Notes: generated from the letters alone by a model not told the origin. A stretch of DNA of 37,857 bases from an uncultured Alistipes sp. (GCA_964616595.1 CAZTUV010000001.1:1-37857), one strand, 5' to 3'; counted from the first letter of the stretch, positions 18,348-28,214 are shown. A program made the numbers and translations.

Positions 18348-19535
18348 ATGGCTCAAAGGGTAGTTATTACAGCAATGGGAATAGCTTCGCCATTAGGAAT
18401 AGGGAAGAAAATGTTTTTTGAAAACTGCATTGCCGGAAATGTTGGTATTAAACCATGTGAAGTATTTTCAACTGAAAAGCTGAGAACAAATTATTTTGGC
18501 TGTATACCTGAAAAAAGTTTGCCATATCTTCCTGAATCAGCAAATGAAAAATCCCGTACAGAAGCAATTGCACAACTTGCTGCCAGAGAATTGCTCGATG
18601 AAATAGGTGATGATTGTGAATTTTTGCATAATACAAAGACCTGTTTTTGTTTTGGAACGTTGCTCGGACATACGTTACATGGTCTTGCTTATGCGGAAAC
18701 AAAAAATCCGGAAATGCTGGCTTTATCGTATAGTTTTATTCCTGAAATCAGAAATTTGTTCGGAATAAAAGGTGGAAGTTATGTTTCATCATCTGCTTGT
18801 GCATCTGGCACTACTGTTGCAGGAATAGCTTTTGAAATGATTCGTAATGGTATATATGACAGGGCAATTATTGGGGGTGCAGACCCTATTTCTGAAGTTT
18901 CAGCATATGGATTTCATTCACTTAAAAATCTTAGTTCTGATATATGTAATCCATTTGATGAAAATCGTGATGGCATTAATATTGGTGAAGGCAGTGCGTT
19001 TTTGCTTGCAGAAACGCTGGAATCTGCTCAGAAACGTCACGCAAGTATATATGGCGAAATTGTTGGATATGGTTTGAATAATGATGCTTATCATATAACT
19101 TCGCCTGACCCGGAAGGTACAGGGGCTTGTTTGTCAATGTGTAATGCTTTGAAAGACGGAAATGTTTCTCCGGAAGAAGTACAGTATATAAATGCACATG
19201 GTACGGGTACAACACATAATGACAATATGGAAACAAGTGCAATTAATAAAGTATTTTCTTCAAATGAAACTCCATTATATATTAGTTCATTAAAGGGGCA
19301 GATAGGACATTGTATGGGTGCGTCCGGCGTTCTGGAACTTGTGGCAGTGATGCTTGCAATAAAAAAAGGTTTATATATGCCACAGCCGTCATTGAAAAAT
19401 AAAATGTCTGAAAGCGGAAAATTGCAGATTCATAAAGATGCATCTGAACTTGATATTAATTATGCACTTTCCAACTCTTTTGCTTTTGCCGGAAATACAG
19501 CCAGTATTCTGGTAAAAAAATATGGTGAAGAATGA
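18348..19535 (+). CDS. Beta-ketoacyl-ACP synthase (FabF-like KS), intact Cys-His-His triad
   Basis: RVVITAMG, SSACASG, NAHGTGT, GHCMGASG, SNSFAFAG. Confidence 0.93.
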   Translation: MAQRVVITAMGIASPLGIGKKMFFENCIAGNVGIKPCEVFSTEKLRTNYFGCIPEKSLPYLPESANEKSRTEAIAQLAARELLDEIGDDCEFLHNTKTCFCFGTLLGHTLHGLAYAETKNPEMLALSYSFIPEIRNLFGIKGGSYVSSSACASGTTVAGIAFEMIRNGIYDRAIIGGADPISEVSAYGFHSLKNLSSDICNPFDENRDGINIGEGSAFLLAETLESAQKRHASIYGEIVGYGLNNDAYHITSPDPEGTGACLSMCNALKDGNVSPEEVQYINAHGTGTTHNDNMETSAINKVFSSNETPLYISSLKGQIGHCMGASGVLELVAVMLAIKKGLYMPQPSLKNKMSESGKLQIHKDASELDINYALSNSFAFAGNTASILVKKYGEE

Positions 19536-19951
19536 TGTTGTCATATGAGGAAATGATGAATGAAATTCCACATAGAGATATTATGTTTCTTTTGGATAAT
19601 GTGACAAGGTTTTCGGATAAGGCAATCGGAGAAAAAAAGATTTTATATGATGACCCTATGCTTATTGAAATATATGAAAAAAAATACTATCCTGCTTTTC
19701 TTTTTCCGGAGTTAATGGCACAGACCGCTTTGTTTATAAATCCTGCCAAGGGAAAAATACCATTGTTGTTGGGTATACGCAAATATAAGCAGTTTTCATT
19801 GGCTTATACGGAAGAAATACTGAAAATACAAGCTATTTCAACATATTCATCAGAAAATGCCGGCGAGGCAGAATGTAGTATAACATCTGGTGAACGTCTG
19901 ATTGCAGAGGGAAAAATATTATATTGTTTTAAAGAGGTGAATCACCAATGA
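19532..19951 (+). CDS. FabZ/FabA-like hot-dog-fold dehydratase homologue
   Basis: IPHRDIMFLLD N-terminus and PELMAQ; the canonical GHFP His is not visible. Confidence 0.7.
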   Translation: MMLSYEEMMNEIPHRDIMFLLDNVTRFSDKAIGEKKILYDDPMLIEIYEKKYYPAFLFPELMAQTALFINPAKGKIPLLLGIRKYKQFSLAYTEEILKIQAISTYSSENAGEAECSITSGERLIAEGKILYCFKEVNHQ

Positions 19952-20982
19952 ATACTGTTTATATTAATGGTATAGGAATAATTAGCCGTGCCGGAAATAC
20001 GGTAGATGAAATCTGGAATAATTTAAATTCGTGTATGACAACAGATGCTATATCTTCAAAATTGCAATATACATCTGTGATTGAAAAGTCAAAATTAAGG
20101 AGAATTACCAGATATGCCAAACTTGCAGCAGAAGTTGCGACATTATGTTTATCTGATGCGGGTATCAGCGATGCAGAAAATCAAAATAATGAAAAAATGG
20201 GTATTATTTTTACAACAGGTTATGGTGCATCAGAATCTAATGTAAAGTTTTTTGATTCAGTAGCAAAGAAAGAGCCGGATTTGTGCAGTCCATTGACTTT
20301 TGCGTCTTTAGTTCCAAATTATTCATTGGGAAATGTGTGTATTCTACTCGGAATTAAAGGATATAGCACGACTTTGCTTGGAGGAAATCCGATTGATTTG
20401 GCGATACCTGTTTTGTGTAATGGTAAAGCTGAAAATATGATTGTTGGTGCTCAGGAAGAATATTGTGAAGAAGTTTTCAAGGCAGTTGATATGCTACGTA
20501 TGTACCATAAACCACAACTTGCAGAATGTAGTGTGGCTATGTACTTGTCTTGTCATCTGACAGAATACAGTTATGCTTCTGTTTTGACTTCAGGTTCAGT
20601 TGCCTTGGAAAGTTCTCCGTTTTTATCAAATGGAGTTTCGATTTCTGAAGACATATTTTCTGAAATATTATCCGATATTGTGAAAATAGAATCTCCTGAT
20701 GTTATTTTTGGTATAGGTACGCAACTTGAGTTTGGAAATCAGGAAAAGTTGGCTTTTGAAAAAATATTGCCTGATATTCCTTATATAAGTTCTGTACGTA
20801 CGGTGTTTGGAGAAACATTGGGAAGCAGTTTTCTGCTCAATGTGGCTTTTGCATCTGTTTGCCTTAAAAAGCAGGAAAATCCGTTTGCAAATAATAAACA
20901 GATAAAAAGTATTCTTGCCACGGGCATTGATGTGCAGGGAAACTATATGTATGTATTGTTAAAGTCAATAGAAAGGGCATAA
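19948..20982 (+). CDS. KS-like protein lacking the catalytic Cys (chain-length-factor-like)
   Basis: VYINGIG, LRRITRYAKL, SPLTFASLVPN, GIKGYSTTL followed by LGGN instead of ACAS; FGETLG instead of GH. Confidence 0.8.
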   Translation: MNTVYINGIGIISRAGNTVDEIWNNLNSCMTTDAISSKLQYTSVIEKSKLRRITRYAKLAAEVATLCLSDAGISDAENQNNEKMGIIFTTGYGASESNVKFFDSVAKKEPDLCSPLTFASLVPNYSLGNVCILLGIKGYSTTLLGGNPIDLAIPVLCNGKAENMIVGAQEEYCEEVFKAVDMLRMYHKPQLAECSVAMYLSCHLTEYSYASVLTSGSVALESSPFLSNGVSISEDIFSEILSDIVKIESPDVIFGIGTQLEFGNQEKLAFEKILPDIPYISSVRTVFGETLGSSFLLNVAFASVCLKKQENPFANNKQIKSILATGIDVQGNYMYVLLKSIERA

Positions 20983-20983
20983 T

Positions 20984-21851
20984 ATGTATATTTATGGGAA
21001 GTCTTGTATTAGAGAACTGGCAAAGCGATATCCATCACTTTATATACCGCTTTGCGAGGAAGGTGAAGAAAATTTATGGTATAAAAATGCCACTTTATCT
21101 GGTGGAAAATATTTCAATACATCACTGACAGATTTTGAAACGTCTCATGAAGATTATATTAAAAGTATTTTTACAGAAGCAGGAGAAGTTGAGATTGTAT
21201 TTTTAAAGAACAGACAGGATTTTATTTTATTTTTGAATAAAACTGTGTATAAAGGTGTGCGTAAATATGTTCCTGATACAATAGGTGCTATGATGATAAA
21301 TGGTATCAGTAATTGGAATAAAATTAACTCACATATGGAAAAGTATGTTTCGGAAGGAAATACTGACTATAATCCGGAATTTAAACGTTTCACATCAGAT
21401 AAATCCAATTTTAAAGATTGTCTGTTGTTAATTTCTGATGGGTTATATAGTAACATTCCGGCAGAAAAGATAGGAATCTCTGAATCGGAATGGATTAATG
21501 CTTCACAAAAAATTCGTATTTATCATGAATGTACACATTATATATGTCGTAAACTCTGGAATGAAAAAAAAGAATATAATCTTTGATGAAATTGTGGCAG
21601 ACTGTATTGGCTTGTTTGCAGCATTTGGAAATTATTCCACAAGATTAGCATTGCTTTTTCTGGGATTAGACGATAATGGTTCGTATATTGGTGGCAGACT
21701 GGAATTTTATTGTGATAAATCTGAAATATCAGAATTACAAGAAAGAATTTTAAATTTGGTTCATCAACTTGCAGAAGAAGTAAATGAGCATAATAATGAT
21801 GAACCTTTTGTATTATTACGGAGAATTATGGAACATGGATATATATTATAA
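20984..21851 (+). pseudogene. Uncharacterised HExxH-motif protein, split by a +1 frameshift at an A8 tract (21564-21571)
   Basis: Removing one A joins IRIYHECTHYICRKLWNEKK to NIIFDEIVADCIGLFAAFG, giving HExxH...E. Confidence 0.7.
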
Positions 21852-23232
21852 ACTTAATCCGGAATTAGGATTTCGGGGCTGGAGCAATATTCCATATGCA
21901 CTTGTACATCTGGCAAGCGGAACAATAATAAAAAAGCTTTCTGAGCAAAATTTTGAATTGCTACAAAAGCTACATAACATATCTGTTGATGATGAATTCT
22001 GTAAAGAAAAAAGAGTTTCCGAACAGTTGATATTGTTTCAGATTATGAATATTATAAAGCGTTCTGAAAAAAATAGCCATCTTAATGAAGAACAAAAATA
22101 TAAAAAATATGATTGTCGTTACATTTCTGAAGCTGTATGGGCTATTACCAAAAGATGTAATTACAATTGTCGTCATTGTTCGGTTTCTTCACCCAATGCA
22201 GGTAAGAATACTGATTTGTCCATGGAAGAATGCAAGAATGTTATAATTCAGCTTGAAGAGTGTGGAATAAAAAATGTAACATTAATTGGAGGAGAACCTC
22301 TTATACACCCATATTTTAAGGAAATCGTTTTGGAACTTTTAAATCATGATATACAACTTTCTCAAATCTTTACAAATGGTTCATTAATTACAGAGACCTT
22401 GTTGGACTACTTTGAAACAATTGGCGTACGCCCTGTCATTCGTATGAGTTTTGACGGGGTAGGATTTCATGATTTGCAAAGAGGGGTACACGGAGCTGAA
22501 AAAAATTTGATACAAAAGCTTGAATTACTTTATAAAAGAAAATTTCCTGTTGTTATAGATATGTGTGTTAACCGTGCAAATCTTGAATCGTTGGCGGAAA
22601 CAGTCAGTTTAATGGATAGCTATGATGTTAAGTTGATAAATATTACTCCGACTTGTGACATCGGTTTGTGGAAAGAAGTGGCAGAATCTGAAAAATTGCC
22701 ATTTGAAACGTATTATGATTATCTTTTAAAGTATATTCCTGTATTCTTCAAGAGCCAGAGCCGAATTGAACTGAATATTTATCGTATTTTGTATGTTTCA
22801 GGTGATAAAAAAAGAAAAATACTTCTGCCTAAAAGTTATTCCGGTACTGAAAAAAGCGTACAAAAAAATACTTGTCCTTCTTTTGAAACAAGTATTAATA
22901 TTTCATATGATGGTAAAGTAAGTCCATGTTTTGTTATTACAGACAGTCAATATATGAAAAGAAATATGCCTAGTCTTTTTCAGGAGAAACTGTGTTCTAT
23001 TTTAAATTATTCTGAATATACAAAATGTGCCTGTACAAAGGCAGAAGAAATTATACAAGCTAATGAATGTTGTCAGAATTGTGATTACAGATTCGTTTGT
23101 GGTGGAGGTTGCAGAGCAATGGCAGTATGCAAAAATGAAGATTTTTACGGTTATGACGTATCAAATTGTGTTTTCTTCAAGAAAGGGTATTATGAGAAAA
23201 TGAAAAAATTGCTTGCGGAGGAAACTTTATGA
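21835..23232 (+). CDS. Radical SAM/SPASM-domain peptide maturase
   Basis: CNYNCRHC, GGEP, TNG, SFDG; SPASM C..GKVSPC...CQNCDYRFVCGGGCRA..C; ~95-aa N-terminal extension. Start is 21784 or 21835. Confidence 0.9.
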   Translation: MDIYYKLNPELGFRGWSNIPYALVHLASGTIIKKLSEQNFELLQKLHNISVDDEFCKEKRVSEQLILFQIMNIIKRSEKNSHLNEEQKYKKYDCRYISEAVWAITKRCNYNCRHCSVSSPNAGKNTDLSMEECKNVIIQLEECGIKNVTLIGGEPLIHPYFKEIVLELLNHDIQLSQIFTNGSLITETLLDYFETIGVRPVIRMSFDGVGFHDLQRGVHGAEKNLIQKLELLYKRKFPVVIDMCVNRANLESLAETVSLMDSYDVKLINITPTCDIGLWKEVAESEKLPFETYYDYLLKYIPVFFKSQSRIELNIYRILYVSGDKKRKILLPKSYSGTEKSVQKNTCPSFETSINISYDGKVSPCFVITDSQYMKRNMPSLFQEKLCSILNYSEYTKCACTKAEEIIQANECCQNCDYRFVCGGGCRAMAVCKNEDFYGYDVSNCVFFKKGYYEKMKKLLAEETL

Positions 23233-23969
23233 AAAAAATTGCTTTAATAACTGGTGGTGCTAAGGGAATTGGTGCTGCTATAAGCCGTAGATTGGCAGCT
23301 GACGGTTATGTTGTAATTATTAATTATAATAACAGTCAGAATGAAGCACATAATTTATGTGAGGAACTTACAAAACAAGGTTGTGAAGTTTATATTTATT
23401 CTTGTTCAATTGAAGATGAGGAACAAGTAAATTCAATGTTTTCATATATAAAGAAAGAGTATGGTAAAGTTGATTGCCTTGTTAATAATGCGGGAATTAG
23501 TAATGACAGTTTTCTGATGATACAGCCTTTAAATGAGATAAATAAAGTTATTTCCACTAATCTTATAGGGACAATGCAATGCTGTAAAGCCGTTATACCA
23601 CATATGATTTCAAAAAAATCAGGGAAGATTATTAATATTGCATCTGTTGCCGGAATGTTGGGACTTTCGGGACAAACAGCTTATTCTGCATCTAAATCAG
23701 CGATACTTGGGTTTACTCGTTCACTTGCTGTTGAACTTTCAAATTTTAACATTAGTGTAAATGCAATTTCTCCTGGCTATGTAAAAACGGATATGTTAAA
23801 TCAAGTGCCTGAAAAATTAGTTAATCAGTATCTTAAACAAATCCCTATGCAGAGGTTTGCTGATGCGGAAGAAATCGCTGATGCTGTCAGTTGGTTGTGT
23901 TCAGAGAGGTGTTCATATATGACAGGTCAAAATCTTATTATCGATGGAGGATTGTCTGTTGGCAGGTGA
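23229..23969 (+). CDS. 3-oxoacyl-ACP reductase (FabG-like SDR)
   Basis: TGGAKGIG, VNNAG, YSASK, VNAISPG, YMTGQ. Confidence 0.92.
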   Translation: MKKIALITGGAKGIGAAISRRLAADGYVVIINYNNSQNEAHNLCEELTKQGCEVYIYSCSIEDEEQVNSMFSYIKKEYGKVDCLVNNAGISNDSFLMIQPLNEINKVISTNLIGTMQCCKAVIPHMISKKSGKIINIASVAGMLGLSGQTAYSASKSAILGFTRSLAVELSNFNISVNAISPGYVKTDMLNQVPEKLVNQYLKQIPMQRFADAEEIADAVSWLCSERCSYMTGQNLIIDGGLSVGR

Positions 23970-23998
23970 CCATTGCTATCATAGTAAAAAATAAATAC

Positions 23999-24026
23999 AA
24001 AAAAAGCTCAACAGATGAGCTTTTTT
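23999..24026. terminator. Bidirectional intrinsic terminator between the cluster and tRNA-Trp
   Basis: AAAAAAAGCTCA-ACAGA-TGAGCTTTTTT. Confidence 0.8.
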
Positions 24027-24045
24027 CATATCCTATGAATAAAAA

Positions 24046-24121
24046 TGGCAGGGGCAGAAGGACTTGAACCCTCGGCACGTGGTTTTGGAGACCACTGCTC
24101 TACCAACTGAGCTATACCCCT
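24046..24121 (-). tRNA. tRNA-Trp (CCA)
   Basis: Reverse complement AGGGGTATAGCTCAGTTGGTAGAGCAGTGGTCTCCAAAACCACGTGCCGAGGGTTCAAGTCCTTCTGCCCCTGCCA: cloverleaf, CCA anticodon, encoded 3' CCA. Confidence 0.97.
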
Positions 24122-24157
24122 ACTTGTTTAAAATACATGTTCCTTACAACGTATATT

Positions 24158-24186
24158 ATTATATCACAACAGAATTGATTTGTCAA
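24158..24186 (-). promoter_or_regulatory. Sigma-A promoter of tRNA-Trp
   Basis: On the minus strand TTGACA-17 nt-TATAAT with extended TG. Confidence 0.85.
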
Positions 24187-24273
24187 GCGATTTTATAAAA
24201 GTTTTTGTTTTAACTATTTTAGCTGCGGCGAAAATTGATTATTAGTAAAGTTTTCAATTGAATAAAATTTTTG

Positions 24274-24302
24274 TTGACGAAAATAAATTAATGTGATATA
24301 AT
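24274..24302 (+). promoter_or_regulatory. Sigma-A promoter for the pyrophosphorylase gene
   Basis: TTGACG-17 nt-TATAAT with extended TG. Confidence 0.75.
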
Positions 24303-24351
24303 AAACAATATGTATAACTTTTGGATTATAACTTGAAAAGGGGGTTGCTCT

Positions 24352-25584
24352 ATGATTACTTTTAATATGGCTAAAAAATTATTAGAGGATTACGGGCAAG
24401 AACATATACTTAAATATTATGATGAACTTGACAATGAAGAAAAACAAAATCTTCTTTCTCAAATAGAATTGATAGATTTTTCTGTTTTGGAAAACCTTAA
24501 GAAAGAAAATCAATATTCATTGCAAAGAGGTAAGTTTGAACCATTAGGTGCAGTTACTATCAATGATATTTCAGAAAACAAAGAAAAATATTATTCAATT
24601 GGCTGTGAAACCATTAAAAATAATAAAGTGGCAGCTGTACTTCTGGCGGGGGGACAAGGCACACGTCTTGGTTTTGATAAACCCAAAGGAATGTTTAATA
24701 TAGGTATTACAAAAGAATTGTATATTTTTGAGTGCCTTATAAATAATATTATGAAAGTTGTTAAGAATGTTGGTGTATTTATTCCGTTATATATAATGAC
24801 CAGTGAAAAAAATTACAATGATACAGTAAATTTCTTTAATGAAAAAAATTATTTCGGATATGATAAAAATTATATCAGATTTTTTATACAGGATATGGCA
24901 CCAAGTGTAGATTTTAACGGTAAAATCTATATGGAAAATAAATCGAATATTTCTATTTCTCCAAATGGAAATGGTGGTTGGTTTTCTTCAATAGTTCATG
25001 CTGGTTTACTCGATGATATAGAAGAAAAGGGCATTGAATGGATAAATGTGTTTGCAGTTGATAATGTTCTTCAGCAGATTGCAGACCCGTATTTTATAGG
25101 TGCAGTGGTAGACTCTAAAAGCCAATCTGGCGGCAAAGTAGTGAGCAAGTCGAGTCCTGATGAACGTGTTGGCGTTTTGTGCACTGAAAATGGCAAACCT
25201 GCTATCGTTGAGTATTTTGAAATGACAAATGAAATGCGTGAACTCCTTACCGATGATGGTCAGCTTGCTTATAAATATGGAGTTATATTAAATTATTTGT
25301 TTAATTTAAAAAAACTGAAACAGATTGTTTCAGAAAAAATGCCCGTTCATGTAGTTGAAAAGAAAATACCATATATGAATGAAAACGGCGAACTGATAAA
25401 TCCGGATAAGCTTAATGGATATAAATTTGAAACACTTGTACTTGATATGATTAAATTGCAGGATAGCTGTTTGCCTTATGAAGTCGAACGATGTAGAGAA
25501 TTTGCTCCGGTGAAAAATTCCAAAGGTGTTGACTCTGTCGATACCGCAAGAGAGTTACTTGAACAAAATGGTATTGAATTATAA
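24352..25584 (+). CDS. UDPGP type 1 family UDP-sugar (GlcNAc/Glc) pyrophosphorylase
   Basis: LLAGGQGTRLG, SPNGNGG, VDNVL, YKFE, FAPVKN. Confidence 0.9.
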   Translation: MITFNMAKKLLEDYGQEHILKYYDELDNEEKQNLLSQIELIDFSVLENLKKENQYSLQRGKFEPLGAVTINDISENKEKYYSIGCETIKNNKVAAVLLAGGQGTRLGFDKPKGMFNIGITKELYIFECLINNIMKVVKNVGVFIPLYIMTSEKNYNDTVNFFNEKNYFGYDKNYIRFFIQDMAPSVDFNGKIYMENKSNISISPNGNGGWFSSIVHAGLLDDIEEKGIEWINVFAVDNVLQQIADPYFIGAVVDSKSQSGGKVVSKSSPDERVGVLCTENGKPAIVEYFEMTNEMRELLTDDGQLAYKYGVILNYLFNLKKLKQIVSEKMPVHVVEKKIPYMNENGELINPDKLNGYKFETLVLDMIKLQDSCLPYEVERCREFAPVKNSKGVDSVDTARELLEQNGIEL

Positions 25585-25592
25585 TAATATCA

Positions 25593-25625
25593 GACAGACT
25601 GTGATGATTAACAGTCTGTTTTTTT
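25593..25625 (+). terminator. Intrinsic terminator
   Basis: GACAGACTGT-8 nt-ACAGTCTGTT followed by a T run. Confidence 0.8.
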
Positions 25626-25649
25626 ATTGGGATAATACGCTTTTTTCTA

Positions 25650-25678
25650 TTGACATGAAGAGAAAAACAGTGTATAAT
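25650..25678 (+). promoter_or_regulatory. Sigma-A promoter for lepA
   Basis: TTGACA-17 nt-TATAAT. Confidence 0.8.
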
Positions 25679-25729
25679 AAATTCTATAAAAGATGATTTT
25701 TTATTCCATGAAGAAAAGAGGACAATATT

Positions 25730-27532
25730 TTGGCTAATAGTAAAATTAGAAATTTTTGCATAATTGCACATATAGACCATGGAAAATCAACTTTGGCTGA
25801 CCGTATCCTTGAGAAAACTGAAACAGTTGCCGTGAGAGATATGGAAGAACAATTGCTTGATAATATGGATATTGAACGTGAAAGAGGTATAACTATCAAG
25901 GCACGTGCTGTTCGTTTAAAGTACACGGCAAAAGATGGCGAAGATTATATATTTAATCTGATAGACACTCCCGGTCATGTTGACTTTAATTATGAAGTTT
26001 CCCGCTCGTTGGTTGCGTGCGAAGGTGCTATACTTGTTGTTGATGCATCACAGGGAATAGAAGCCCAGACCCTTGCAAACACTTATCTTGCAATTGAAAA
26101 TGATTTGGAAGTTGTCCCCGTTGTAAATAAAATAGACCTTCCATCAGCAGACCCCGAAAGAGTATGCGAAGAAGTGGAAACTGTTATAGGTATTCCGGCA
26201 ATGGACGCTCCAAGAATTTCGGCTAAAATGGGAACTAATATTGAAGAAGTTCTTGAAAGAATTGTAACTGATATTCCTGCACCAAGTGGTGATACTGAAA
26301 AGCCATTAAAAGCTTTAATATTTGATAGTTATTATGATTCGTATAAGGGCGTAATAATTTATGTTCGTATAAAGGAAGGCAGGGTAAAAGTCGGCGATAA
26401 TATACGTCTTATGGCAACGGGAGCAGTATTTACAGTTGTCGAGGCTGGATTCATGGACGCTGACAAACTTGTTAACAACGGAAGTCTTGAAGCTGGTGAA
26501 GTTGGATATATTTCAGCTTCTATAAAAAGCATTGGCGATACACAGGTTGGCGATACAGTTACAAATGATGATGACCCTTGCGATGAACCATTGGCAGGTT
26601 ACAGAAAAGTAAACCCTATGGTATTCTCTGGAATATATCCGGCAGATGGTGCGAAATATGGCGATTTACGTGATGCTCTTGAAAAATTGCAGCTTAATGA
26701 CGCATCATTGTCGTTTGAGCCGGAAACTTCTGTTGCATTGGGCTTTGGCTTTAGATGCGGATTTCTTGGACTTTTGCATATGGAGATTATTCAGGAACGC
26801 CTTGAACGTGAATATAATCTTGATTTGATAACCACAGCACCATCGGTTATATATAAAGTAACTCTTACTAATGGCGAAATTCAATATATCGATAACCCGA
26901 CAAATTACCCTGACCCTGCCCTCATTCAGACGGCTGAAGAACCTATGGTCAAGGCGGATATACTTGCTCCTGCTGAATTCGTCGGTAATATTATGGAACT
27001 TTGTCAGGATAGAAGAGGTATTTTCAAGAATATGCAATACCTTGACGATACAAGAGTCAATCTGCATTATGAATTGCCACTTAATGAAATTGTTTATGAT
27101 TTCTTTGATGTTCTAAAATCACGCACAAGGGGTTATGCATCATTTGATTATGAAATGCTTGGTTATGTCCCTTCAAAGCTTGTAAAATTAGATATCCTTC
27201 TTAATGGTGATATAGTTGATGCACTGTCATTTATAATTCATTCTGATAAGGCGTATGGCAGGGCAAGAAAAATTGCAGAAAAACTTAAGGAAAATATTCC
27301 ACGTCAATTGTTTGAAGTTCCGATACAGGCATCTATTGGCGGAAAAGTTATAGCACGTGAAACTGTAAAGGCTATGCGTAAAGATGTTTTGGCAAAATGT
27401 TATGGCGGTGATATAACACGTAAGAGAAAACTCCTTGAAAAACAAAAAGAAGGTAAAAAACGTATGCGTCAGTTAGGAACGGTTGAAGTCCCTCAGGAAG
27501 CCTTTATGAGTGTTCTTAAACTTGATTCATGA
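25730..27532 (+). CDS. lepA: Translation elongation factor 4 (LepA)
   Basis: [63 protein letters not shown] start. Confidence 0.99.
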   Translation: MANSKIRNFCIIAHIDHGKSTLADRILEKTETVAVRDMEEQLLDNMDIERERGITIKARAVRLKYTAKDGEDYIFNLIDTPGHVDFNYEVSRSLVACEGAILVVDASQGIEAQTLANTYLAIENDLEVVPVVNKIDLPSADPERVCEEVETVIGIPAMDAPRISAKMGTNIEEVLERIVTDIPAPSGDTEKPLKALIFDSYYDSYKGVIIYVRIKEGRVKVGDNIRLMATGAVFTVVEAGFMDADKLVNNGSLEAGEVGYISASIKSIGDTQVGDTVTNDDDPCDEPLAGYRKVNPMVFSGIYPADGAKYGDLRDALEKLQLNDASLSFEPETSVALGFGFRCGFLGLLHMEIIQERLEREYNLDLITTAPSVIYKVTLTNGEIQYIDNPTNYPDPALIQTAEEPMVKADILAPAEFVGNIMELCQDRRGIFKNMQYLDDTRVNLHYELPLNEIVYDFFDVLKSRTRGYASFDYEMLGYVPSKLVKLDILLNGDIVDALSFIIHSDKAYGRARKIAEKLKENIPRQLFEVPIQASIGGKVIARETVKAMRKDVLAKCYGGDITRKRKLLEKQKEGKKRMRQLGTVEVPQEAFMSVLKLDS

Positions 27533-27873
27533 ATATGACAGGTATATTATTGCTTATAATTTCAGTTTTGCTTGTGCTGGCAGATATATTGGCTGTCAGT
27601 ACAGCAAACAGGCTTTATGCCGGAACATTTATAAGAAAGTTAAGATATTTTGTATACAGCATATCTCCGGCGAGATATATATTTATTATAGTTTTATTTG
27701 GAATAATCGGCTTAATTACTGAACAAAACTTTAAAAATATATGTTTTTTTGAGTTGTTGCTGTTTGCAGGAATGTTTCTTATGTATGCTGAAAAAGCCTT
27801 TACATTAAAAAAGAAAAAGAAAAAATCAATACTGGCAAAAAGATTAAAGCCACTTGAACAAAAGAAAGGATAA
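27529..27873 (+). CDS. Hypothetical membrane protein
   Basis: Three hydrophobic segments and a basic tail; ATGA overlap with lepA. Confidence 0.6.
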   Translation: MNMTGILLLIISVLLVLADILAVSTANRLYAGTFIRKLRYFVYSISPARYIFIIVLFGIIGLITEQNFKNICFFELLLFAGMFLMYAEKAFTLKKKKKKSILAKRLKPLEQKKG

Positions 27874-27878
27874 ATAAT

Positions 27879-28214
27879 ATGAGTATCTATACTTGCCCTC
27901 ATTGCGGGAAAAAAACATTTAATCCATTTACAAAGGCTCTGGCAGGTCAAATGAATTCCAAGGGACGTGAATGTCCGGAATGTGGCACAAGATGTGTAAA
28001 TGGCAAAGGTGCTACTATTTTTAATGCAATATATTCTCTGATAGGTATTATTGGAGTAGGATATACTTATCTGCACCCCGATAATTTTGCTGTTGGAGAT
28101 GTTAATTATGAAATATTCGTGGTTGTGGGAATTATTTTATCAATGATTTTAGTTCCACGTATTGTTAATTCATTCTGCTTTAAAATGGAGGAGTCGATAA
28201 GACTTAATTATTAA
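27879..28214 (+). CDS. Hypothetical zinc-ribbon membrane protein
   Basis: CPHC...CPEC pairs followed by two TM helices; coupled to hemW. Confidence 0.75.
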   Translation: MSIYTCPHCGKKTFNPFTKALAGQMNSKGRECPECGTRCVNGKGATIFNAIYSLIGIIGVGYTYLHPDNFAVGDVNYEIFVVVGIILSMILVPRIVNSFCFKMEESIRLNY

